From Perna viridis (taxonomy: Eukaryota), in NCBI GenBank assembly GCA_037379345.1, contig CM074521.1, positions 18,004,704 through 18,068,703 on the forward strand: a stretch of DNA of 64,000 nucleotides, read 5' to 3'. The notes under the pieces were generated by a model. That model saw only the letters and a list, made by a program, of their open reading frames with translations. It had not been told where the DNA came from and made no database searches. Of this stretch, positions 27,001-37,455 are shown in pieces (the first letter of the stretch is position 1; every line of letters starts with the position of its first letter). A program made the position numbers and the translations under genes.

Positions 27001-30000
27001 AATTTACTTTTCCACTATAAATATATGAGAAAATTAAAAAGGTTTTATAAAGATGCCATGTAATAAGATGAATTTGCATACTGCAATATTGAACATTTCA
27101 AAATATTACATAAGATTTAATATTTGTTTTCTTGATGACGTTTGTTCTTCTTTTAGTTGCTGTTAAATTTTCAGAGATTTATTTATGGACTTAACTTTTC
27201 ACTTATACCTTACTTACTAAATTTGTGAAAATGAATTCAAATCTTGTATTATTGCACTTGGTTAATACATATAATGCTTCAGTAGTCCCTCTTAGTTTCT
27301 GCAAGAAAATAGTTTTATTAAACAAAAACTGTGAGAGAATACATGTATATCTTTTAAGGAGGTAGACCTAGTGAAAAAGACACAAACTTACAAATCATTG
27401 GACCATTTGTATTCAGCATTTTACATAAGTCTCATGTAACCATCAAAGTAGCTTGGACTGATTTCATTCTGTTTCAAATGAAAGCTTGATAGGCTTTGGC
27501 AAAATTGAATATGATACAAACATATCACTGATTTCAAGAGTTATGTCCCTTATTCTAGGTCTACCTCCTTAAATACTTAAACATAATATCAATATAAAAT
27601 AAATAAGACCACTGACCTATATCCCTGCCTCACAAAAGATACTATGACCATGACCTCAAAATGAATATTTTTTGTGGTGAGTAAAGCCTCTAGCTAATAA
27701 CAACTTGTGCAAGTTCAATTAAATTCTGTTTAAGCTTTTTTTTTTATAGATAAACCATTCATCATAAAATAGATAATAAAGCCAAATTTTATAGACAAAA
27801 ACTTAATAACATGCTGGAAGATAAAATGATATCTGTCAGGGAATTAAAAAAACATTTAACGGTATGGGTTATCTCCTATCATACTGTGCTGCATAATCAA
27901 GTATTGAATTACAGGTAATAATAATTCATGAATATTGCATATAATTATGCAATATTTTCATTTTAAATGAATTTCACTACATAATTTATTTTTCAGTTGT
28001 GGTATTAAAGCCACCACTACATACTGGCATAATAATTAAAAATAAAATTTGCATAAGTACGCAGTTACATGTATCTATGAAAGTGTCATATATTTTTGCA
28101 CATGATGCAGAATCACACAAAATCAACATGGAATCAAAATTGTCCATTTATCAAAAATACTGTATGGTAATGCCCACCAAGAGAGAACTTTAAAAGGCAC
28201 ATGTATTCAAAATTAAACGTATGTATTGCTTCCTTGCAACCTCAAGTTTTATAGGTTCCTTGTAGTAATTACTTACAGACTGGGCTGCTTTTGATGATAT
28301 GTTGATGACATTGTTAAAACCAATGGCTGCAAAATGAAATACATGTATGCAAAATTTTCAATGGTTAGCTTTTAATCAATCTGTTTTTAAATGTGATTGT
28401 TTATTTGAATATTGACCAAATGTTATGAGAATTGTGTCAATTAGTTATCTTTCAAAAAGAAAATTTGTCACAAAAGTAAAACATTATGAACTTCTATGGT
28501 GACAGAACTTGAAGGGCAAGTTGAATAAATTAAACTTTTTCCACTGTGTAATTTGAGCAATAAGTTATTTTCCTTTAATACTTGTCTAGCTATGTAATAT
28601 AAACTTACACAAGTTCACCCGGGGTAGAGCCATTGAGTGCCAAATTATTCTCAGATTTGTCACTATCAGTCTACCTGAAATAACAAAATCTTATCAATTG
28701 TACATGTTGTAAGAGAACATGTTTTTAAAGATAAAAGTCAGCATTATAATTAATCAAGACTAATTACAATGAGCCTATACATAATTGTTTTCACTACAAT
28801 AATAATATTTCATTAGTCAATGCTGATCTGTGGCACTGCCATGCTGATCTAATATAGGTCCTGAAACTTATCCTGAAACAAATGATGAGATGGAGATACA
28901 GAAATCAGGATCACTAAATAATCTAGCTCCTTTAGCAAGATTTATGAGAACTCATTCCCTGAAGGCATCGCCCACTTTGCCAATGAAGTCCAGCACACTA
29001 ACCATTAAACCACCAGTTATCCCCAAAATCATCAGTTACTGTAGTGATTCAGTGTGCTAGACTTCAGCAGCCAGACGGGTGACATTGTAATCATGGTAAG
29101 GGAACGAGTTCGTCCTTGTAAATACATGTATTACACACCATTATTTTCACAGTGAATTGGAAAGATGTCATGCAACAGTAATTTACAGTAGAAAATTTCA
29201 TGTATTAATGTGATTAAGTTATACCTCTGTCTCCATTGTTCCCTTTAGTGTCTTCTACAGCATTCAGTGAATCAATCAACTTTTCTCCCGCTCTCATCTT
29301 CATTTGCCTAAAGTATAAAATAGCTTTTATATATTACTTATGTCAAATATTTCTAAGTCAACAGATAAATATTTTTGACTGACATTATTGTAAAAACTGT
29401 TTCAATTGTTTACAGCTTACAGTCATTGGTTAATAAATAAGCAATCATAATTTTAAATACTTTCTTAAATGTCTGTCTAGTATTCCCTGCAGATGGTTTT
29501 AGAAGGATGGAAGTGTTTTATATTTATAAGCAAGGAGAACCAATCAGTCTCGGAAAACATTTGCCAGCTTTGATGGTTGAATACTAATCAAATCATTGTT
29601 TTTTTCAAGATAGGAAAATGTTCAACAGTATGATGCCCAAATTTTTACTAAAATTGACATTATTAGCCTTATCAATGTTGGACAATTCGGACAACTACAA
29701 ATTAAGAGAGTGTATAAGGTTAATTTACATAATAAATTAGGCTACTACCAATTTTTATCCTGTTACAGAGATAGAAACTAACCTAAAATTTCAACTAGCC
29801 GGCAGGATCAGTAGACTTAAAAATCTACTGGTCCTGATAAAAATGATCATTTATTACCACAACTACATAAAACAATCAATAACACATTCAAGGTCTAATA
29901 AACTATGAATATCAAGTTTATCTGTGTCCATATCACTATCATCTTCGTTTTTAACATAAGGAGCCTGACCATAGGTCTCCTTGCTTGTTGTCTTGAAACA

Positions 30001-32800
30001 TTCCCGAGTTCAACAGCACTAGTGGAGTCGAAATGCTTAATGTCTCTGTTGCGAAACATAATAAATAATAGATCAAATAACACATGTTGGCTTAGCTTTG
30101 ATCTTCAGTCACTTTTTAAAAGTTTCATTTCTGAGAAACCTCTTTCTGTGTTGTTTTCAGGACAACATTCCAGCCAATCATGATTCTTTTGCCATGAAGT
30201 TTGAATTTTTTGTTTCTGTTTGTCTGTCTTATTGATCTATTACCTCTTCAGCCTCTCCTCATCGATTATTTTCTGTTTTTTATCCTGTTGTTTCGCCCCT
30301 TCCAGATATCTCCATATATTTTCCCATTTGTTAACAAAGACCCTACCTCAGGACATTTAACAATACTATTATCCCCTTCTATTAAGTTCTAAGTAGTAAT
30401 GACAGGTATCATGCATAACAACTAATTACAGAAGAAGCCACAGGTATAAAGTAAGATTGCATTCCAATTAGCAATGAAATTTCAACAAGCCACCGGATAG
30501 TTCGTAGAAAAAAATCTACCATTGGAAATTTACTTGCCTTGGACCAGCATTAATTTCAATCCCTGCCTGTATATTGGAAGTTAAAGGAGACGTGACACAA
30601 AAAAATATTTTTTTAAAATTTTTGGTTTGTTTGATTTATAACACATAATATACATAATCAAAACACCCCTTGTACTTCGTCACTTACGTCGTTTAATTGA
30701 AGATAAATAGATTCAAAATCAAGGATGACCCAAATCATATGAATTTTAATTAGCCATGTGGTCACATGACCAAGTAAAGTCAATGGTTTTCAATTCATAG
30801 ATCGAGTGGTTGAAATGCATGGGCCTTCTGCATTTTTTACATGATTTCTACAACTGAGAGTGGAAATACAAAAATGTATTGAAAGTTTTGGTTAACCAGC
30901 AAATATATACTCATCAAATAATAATAGTAATTAAACTTTATTTTGAGAGGGTAACACATTTAGTGTACAAGAACTAATCTTCCCTGAGGCCCTCATGCAA
31001 CACAAATGGAGTCAGAAATTATATACACATAAGTCTGTTTCTAAACATGACAAAATAGTACTAGAACAAAAAAAACAACAAACAAAACAAAACAGAACAA
31101 AAGTAACTAATACAAGTATGTATTATTGTTATAAAAAGTAAGTAAGTGTGATTTGTAGACACATAGTTAACTTATCTATAAGAAATTCTGGCGCTAGACC
31201 TTTAACTATTGTATGCATAAGCAAATATTTATGATATTTAATCCTATGGTCAACATTCATAACACCAAGTTTTCTGAATAATGGGGCAGAGAATTCAAAC
31301 CACTTCAAGAAGGAAATGATAAACAATGTCAGAAATATTACACTATTACATGTACAAATGTACGAGGACTAGACTACCCACAGTGAGACAACACCACTTC
31401 TGTTTGAAGATTACATAGAAATGTTTCATTATGTTTTGTCATGTAAGATTGAACTTTTCACATAAAGTAAATTAAATTCATATTCTAAAATATAAACTGT
31501 TCCAATCTCGATCTTCAATGAAAATACAGGGTTACTCCTGACAAGTGTACCAGTACAAGGGAGTATAATACATGTATAAAGTCCCTGCAGGTACAGAGGA
31601 TAATACGAACATGTTTATTTTTTTATTGATTTTTGATCATTTTATTTGATAGCCAAAAAGGGTGTCTGGCTGAAGATTCCTCATGTTCTAAATCTTATTT
31701 ATTAAAATTAAATATTTTAACAGACCTGCAAAAACATATTGTCTGTACCAGAAAAGCTCCCTTAAACTCACCTAGGATCACATTTTATATACTGTGTATT
31801 GTGTAAAATTGTAAATTGTTTTATTTAAAAATCTGTAAGACAAAAGAAATTCAATTATATTTCAATTATTATCAAAGTCATACACCTGTGTGTCACCAGT
31901 CGCCTCACCATGTAAAGATAAAAGAAGCCACCCACACTATCTCTTGATCATAATTAAGTCTACCAGGCTTGTTTATTAATATAACCCAGTGGCAAAGAAT
32001 GATACACAGTGTTACTATTTTATTTGTACCCTCCTGTTCAAGTCCTAAAAATAGTGTGCAAAGTAGTTGTGTATTCACCATGCAGGAATGTATGCCTAAC
32101 GAAAATGAAAAGCTGACAGAAAATGAGAAGAACTTTATTCTTCTTACTTTCTAAACACAATTATTACACCCATACACAGATCAGTCAGATCAGTGTACCA
32201 CTCTGCAATTTTATCAGGCATTTGTATACATTTTAAATGTCCCCAAATGGAGATTGAAAACCAGTTACGTAGCACTTCCATATATGGTAATTGAACGTTA
32301 CTTCTGGTTTTCATTTAGGCATATTAATTTAATGTCGTCATGAAAACACAAATAAATCATTCTAACTTCATTTAGCGCTAACCTGATTGGAAAACGCTTG
32401 TTACACTCGTATCTAAACATACTATTGTTTTTGTAAATAATAATTAGAAACGTTTAATAATGATATTTTTGTGTTACATCTAATTAAATAGAAGGCAAAG
32501 TCCTCATACTGGAAATATCATCCAAATAGGAAATTACACAACCACTGCCATTGGTTAATACTCAGGCCTGTCAGTTATATATATGCATACTGTAGCCTAT
32601 AACAATATAAGACAAAAGCCGAGACAAAATTGTCACAAAATTATGCATATGCATTTCAGTTATAGAGTTTAATTTGGAAAACGCTGAAAGTTGTGAGGAC
32701 ACTGAAGTATCAGTTCCTTATTAACTTTTATTTTCTTTAAGACTCCTTACGCCGGGTTGACATCGAATCTGACATCTCTATCTTCCCACAGGTCAGCCAT
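21004..32800 (-). CDS. BBS5: Bardet-Biedl syndrome 5 protein (BBSome subunit), 12 coding exons, about 337 aa
   Basis: Exons 32800-32751, 29307-29225, 28674-28609, 28326-28277, 27298-27218, 26889-26843, 25304-25169, 24571-24476, 23386-23324, 22203-22069, 21528-21448, 21129-21004 (TGA). Translation includes [78 protein letters not shown] and [27 protein letters not shown]. Confidence 0.97.
22168..22575 (-). repeat. About 65-70-bp tandem repeat (about 7 copies) spanning the BBS5 exon 10 acceptor
   Basis: The CCTCCACTCTGTAAT unit (ATTACAG|AGTGGAGG on the - strand) recurs with AG at 22204, 22274, 22405, 22475 and 22503, and mutated copies at about 22340 and 22562. Confidence 0.85.
22697..22885 (-). 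mobile_element. Interspersed repeat family A
   Basis: Shares GGAACCAAG...CAAAAGAATGTAAT.CAGGGACAAA...AGACATGGAAAACA...GACTCCACTAAAAACTGG with the 8.1 kb and 41.9 kb copies. Confidence 0.8.
23212..23311. repeat. Near-perfect 100-bp palindrome in BBS5 intron 9
   Basis: ACACAGCAAAAAATGCATATGTC.TTTA.TTGGGTATAGCATTG pairs with CAATGCTATACCCAA.TAAA.GACATATGCATTTTTTGCTGTGT. Confidence 0.9.
25387..25560. repeat. About 85-bp tandem duplication in BBS5 intron 6
   Basis: TATAGAGGGT..CAGTTGT...AACTCTCAATAAATTGAATTAAATATATAGACTCA occurs twice. Confidence 0.8.
27358..27568. mobile_element. About 210-bp MITE family B (TTAA TSD, GG...CC ends; Kolobok-like)
   Basis: TTAA|GGAGGTAGACCTAG...CTAGGTCTACCTCC|TTAA. 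Homologs at 40916-41127 and 60241-60438. Confidence 0.85.
30585..32483. mobile_element. Possible old TTAA-flanked TIR element (about 1.9 kb) in BBS5 intron 1
   Basis: Left end TTAA-AGGAGACGTGACACAAAAAAATAT; right end ATATTTTTGTGTTACATCTAA-TTAA. The inverted match is degenerate. Confidence 0.4.
30918..31295 (-). mobile_element. 5'-truncated CR1/L2-group (Crack-like) LINE 3' end
   Basis: Peptide [37 protein letters not shown] resembles the post-RT C-terminus of CR1/L2-group LINEs. The - strand tail reads GAGGGCCTCAGGGAAGATTAG...CTAAATGTGTTACCCTCTCAAAATAAAG followed by (ATT)n. Confidence 0.7.
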
Positions 32801-33266
32801 TTTGATGCTAAATATTTCTAAGGAAAAAGTCGTTTATTATTTTGGAATTACATTAGAAATGGGTATCTTACAATGCGTACATGGGACTAAGATGGGTACT
32901 ACTATCTCTCGACTAAAAAAGATCTAGGAAGTCCTGGGACTATAGGGGAAGTCCGAGGACAAATGGGGCGTCTGATTTTTATGTTTTTGCTTTAAAAGAT
33001 AAATTCGATTATTAGTATGCGACATACAAAGTTTTATTGAAAATAAATTATTTTTTAAAGCACAAATATTACTTTGACTTTTTCACTGATGAAGACCTAA
33101 CAGTACGGTAATTAACTGAATCAAGTTCGGTTGTGATTTGATTAAATTACGGATGTACAAGATGAGAAAGAAGTTGATTACAAAGACGGTAAAAATAATG
33201 TTAATGATAATGTTAATGATATTATTATTAATAATAATAATAACATTAAAAAAAATATTGATAGTA

Positions 33267-33402
33267 NNNNNNNNNNNNNNNNNNNNNNNNNNNNNNNNNN
33301 NNNNNNNNNNNNNNNNNNNNNNNNNNNNNNNNNNNNNNNNNNNNNNNNNNNNNNNNNNNNNNNNNNNNNNNNNNNNNNNNNNNNNNNNNNNNNNNNNNNN
33401 NN
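33267..33402. other. Assembly gap (136 N) between the BBS5 and DDX23 5' ends
   Basis: Run of N preceded by low-complexity (ATA/ATT)n sequence. Confidence 1.
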
Positions 33403-34022
33403 CTTATGTAGTTACCGTAGTTTCTTGGAGCATGTTACTGTAAATGTACATGAATGTGGATTTTTGTAGAACTCTCAACCGTATACGTTTCCGGACCCCA
33501 TAACGAATAAGTAACCGGAAAAAATCACAGGAAAGAAGGTCACAAGAAAAAATAGTCGCAGGGAAAATATTAATATGTTACAGTGCTTTTTAATTGATAT
33601 GTCGGAGAAATAAACAGGAAACCACGATTGTCACGACGATGTCATTAACCTGTATCTTGTATATTTAGTTATTTACTTGGGTATGGTGGTCAGATGTTTT
33701 TAGAGTATTGTTCTCAAACGCCGTAAAAAGAAACCTGATGTGTTACCCGACTCTATTGAATCATTAAATGTTATAAAATGTATAATCATGGATCATGGAT
33801 ATTGTAACCATTGATTCAAATATGCACAGTATTGTACTCAAATATAAACTTCAATAAAAATTAAGAATTTTATTGTTCAAGATGTAATGGTTTTCCTCAG
33901 AGCCCAAGATAAAAACTGTCAACCTTAAATTTTCATCTTGTTTTATGTAAGTGATTTTCAGATGAAAATATCGCCACTTTGACTCCTTGATTCCAACTTA
34001 ATAATATATATATATATATATA

Positions 34023-34348
34023 TTATTTGTTGTGACATGCATCATGAATTTGATCCTCTATCCTACATAATAACACCTAAATGAACTGTCCCGTACTACC
34101 ATACATCGTGTATTAAGTTACAGCCCTAGATTAATCCTACGAGTAGGAATCACCTGGCCAGCGAAAGCTATATTTTTATATAGCCTAGCTGGCCGAGTGG
34201 TCTAGGGCGCTGGGCTTAGTGCAGGCGGTGTTGCCATAGATGTCACAGCGGTACGAGTTCGAGTCCCGCGAAGGGAACGACCAAAAAATTGCATCGCAAA
34301 TTTGACAGTTCTAACATCGTTGGGAATTTTTCAGACCTTCTCTCTCTC
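34023..34348 (+). mobile_element. Element containing a tRNA-like module, flanked by (TA)n microsatellites
   Basis: A-box TGGCCGAGTGG at about 34190 and B-box GTTCGAGTCC at 34257-34266. No acceptor-stem pairing. (TA)n on both sides. Confidence 0.7.
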
Positions 34349-34884
34349 TATATATATACATATATATATAAGTAGAATGTAACACCAGAACTATGAATGG
34401 CTAAAAACTATTCTGACGGAAGTGACGAAATTTGTCGACACGGTTGCGCAAGTGCGGTGCGAGGTTCATCTTTTAATATGATATTGAGCTCCGTCCATCA
34501 AAAGCATAGCTTAAAATCATATTATACTTTGTTTATAATGAATTGACCACGTTTTCTCAAAATTTGTCTATAAACAAAATTGAATTGAATCAAATTGCAT
34601 TAATTTATATGAAATGAGTCGTACGTCAATATTGGACAGGTACTAATTTCTCTGTAATTAGATCTTGCCCCCACCGGAATTTACTTCGGATTTACCGTAA
34701 TTACCTTTTTTTTTGTGGGTTTATGTGCACCACTAAAATGATTTTTATCTCGGTAAAACTTCGCACATCGTTTTCTAATTAACAAATCTATCATACAAAG
34801 CAAAAACAATGGAAATCGGATTTTCCACTTGCCTCCGGACTTCCCCTATAATCCAAGGTCTTCCTAGGTCTTCTCAAGTCTTTA

Positions 34885-35070
34885 ATAAGTACTACAAGTT
34901 TCCACGTTTACTGGTCCCCGAATAATGACTGATTACCGTAAGCTCTGTGTTTTAAAGAAATTGGTACTAGTTGACAACATGGCTGCGCCCATGATATTGG
35001 AAGAGCGTCACTAAAACGACTAGATACTAACATTGCGAACGAAATCAACGGAGTCAGTACTCGTAGAGGT
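34885..35070 (+). promoter_or_regulatory. Putative DDX23 promoter / first non-coding exon
   Basis: CpG-richer stretch with ACTACAAGTTTCCAC (ZNF143/ACTACA-like), AACATGGCTGCGCCCATG at 34976-34993, and a candidate donor GAG|GTAGAA at 35068/35069. Confidence 0.45.
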
Positions 35071-36279
35071 AGAATATATAAGGTCACTGGCCAAACTCTT
35101 CTCAATTTTGATTCCATAGGCCCAGTAACAGTTGTTTTGTGGGGAGATAATTGGGAGACTAGAAAAATTATAACTACAAGGCCTAAAATTACCTCCGCAC
35201 CCTGGCCATGTTGCGTCGTGAGCTAATTTTACACATAAGCGGGTACCTTTTGACAACAAAAGATAAAATGAAATGAAAATGTTGGAATCACCTGTACTTG
35301 CCAATCGCAACTCATGTATACAAGTATTGTCAGCAATTGTTTCACAAGCCGTGACAAGGCTAAATAAATGAGACTAAGTTAAGTTGCAACATTTATTAAA
35401 ATTTAAAAACTTGCTATGAAAATACATGTAGCAGTGAAAATAAAACAATTTGATAAATGTCTGTAAATGACATGTACCAACTTTGTATGTCTGAAGAGAC
35501 ATTTGTTATGCAAAATAGGCTTGGTCTTTTTAGACCTTAGTCAGAAAAAAACTGATGCCTAACTTGAAGTTGGCTCTTTTGGTAAAAGTACTGCATATCT
35601 GTCTGAAAAGATAGATACCTAAGCAGTTGTGGCTCTTGATTAAAAGCACTGCATCTCTTGTCTGAAAAGACAGATATCTAAGGTAAATGGCTTTTGTTAT
35701 ACATATATGTACATGTAACCTTATTAAAATTTAATGTGAAGTAAATTACAGGTAACAATACCTGGAGAACACATATAACACCCAATTTTGTTTCAGTTAG
35801 CTATGTAAAAACTGGGATAAAATTGTTCCATTCCTTTTCAATATTTATTCCTGTCAAGTACTAAAATGTAATTGAATTGCTATAACCATTAAATATGCTT
35901 TGGTATAAAGACAAGAGCAGTAAACTACAGATAATTTTTGAAATGGTGACTTCACTGTGGAGAATGGAGATACTGTGACCCCACTCGTAATATCTCCACT
36001 GTGGAGACTGGATAAATTAACATTTGTTGACAGTAGTGTATGAACAAAAGTAAATGAGCAACCCAGACTCCACTAGAATTTGGACTAGGTGCACTGGTAG
36101 GGTAAGCATCCTCTGCTATTCTGGAAACATCTACCAAGTTGCTGATAAAATTCACTTCTGGGGTAGACACTAGAGGAGAAACTATATTAAATGCTCATGG
36201 TTCAGATGTCATTCATGTGGTGAAGATTTTTTAGGGGAGGAAAATATGGCAGGACGGTCAACTTACACTGAAGCAAGTA

Positions 36280-36439
36280 CATTGAAACCTGCTGAAACTG
36301 AATCTCTTGTTCAGTTAAGAAAGAAGTTCAGTTTACCCAGATTAAAAAAAAATATAAAATTGATGCAGAGACTTCAAAAAGTGTCTAATTTAGACAGGTT
36401 TTTGAATTATTCAGGGTTCGGTTTAGACAGGTTTCACTG
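36280..36439. mobile_element. Tc1/mariner(pogo)-type MITE
   Basis: TA|CATTGAAACCTG...CAGGTTTCACTG|TA. Confidence 0.65.
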
Positions 36440-37140
36440 TAATAGATTTGAATATTCATGCACAAAATGTAGCCAGTTAATTTACTTGGATAAAGGGTCT
36501 ATTCTTTAGCCCAAACAGTTTGTCACTAATCTGCCACTGAGTGTTCTAGGGTTCCATCCATGATGGGGAAGGTATGATTTTGTGAGGCAAAAATATGCTC
36601 TCCTGTTACACAAAATACAAAATTAGGTGAATCAATTCATAGAAAAAAATCTTTTATTCTTCAAATTTAATTTAGGGTCTTATCAAAAATGAGTACTTGC
36701 GTTCCCCTCCCATATTGCATGAAGGACAGTGATGAATATTTTAAACTACAAATGATATTTAGAGAGGATTTGAGGCACAGACCATTTTCTTCTCGAGGAT
36801 TGGGTTGGGGTTTTATATTTGAGCAACAGCCGGAGTCAAAAGATTTTATTTGAAAACCTACATTGTCTCGTTGTCACTTGAGGGGTATTCAATCGTATTT
36901 TTTTCTGTCTATGGTTATATGGTTATGTAAAAAAAATTGTTTTTGCTGAAATTTTATATTATTTGATTTATTGAAATATTGAATATTTTGAAATCAGTTC
37001 TGTTAAGACAACTGTGGACAGAATACTAGTAAGTTTTTGCAGGCTTACACTACTTTATGGACTCAGTTGTCTGGTTTGGACACAAAGTTGCACAAAATGT
37101 TAAGGATCGCTGAGTAATCTTTTATCGAAATATTTTTACT

Positions 37141-37455
37141 TTACGTATTAGTTTCTGTGACAATCTGCTGTAACAGTCCCATTGTCCTGTACAGATAAAA
37201 GTAAGTTACTGGTCTTGTACAGGATTCAGGCATATTCTTTGGTCCTGTTTCTTCAGCAAAATCCTCATGTTCACCATTGTCCATATCCTGTGGTGGGAAA
37301 ATTTGGAACCATGGTTGTAGATGCTCCGTGGCAGGAATACCATTGACATCTGCATGTAACTCTTCTTCGTCACTACTGTCAACTTCTGTCTCCAAGTCAC
37401 TGTCCCCTCGAATGCTGTTTGTGTCGGACAAATTGTCCCCCTCAGAATCACTCAT
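37141..37455 (-). mobile_element. piggyBac (PGBD4-like) transposase N-terminal remnant
   Basis: Acidic MSDSEGD...DSSDEEE start followed by PVTYFYLY...LLQQIVTETN, typical of piggyBac transposases. A piggyBac-type end GGCACTGAAAGGG|TTAA lies at 39572-39588. No catalytic region found. Confidence 0.7.

Noticed and set aside
33087-33115. Hammerhead-like CTGATGA-AGACC...GGT
   Set aside because: The GAAA core and stem III are missing. At most a truncated Penelope-type remnant.
32800-33266. Expected RFX X-box upstream of the ciliary gene BBS5
   Set aside because: No convincing match was seen. Partial matches at about 34229 and 37526 lie inside repeats, and the gap may hide a site.
34183-34280. Possible tRNA gene
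   Set aside because: A and B boxes are present, but there is no acceptor stem or clean anticodon arm. It fits a tRNA-derived repeat.
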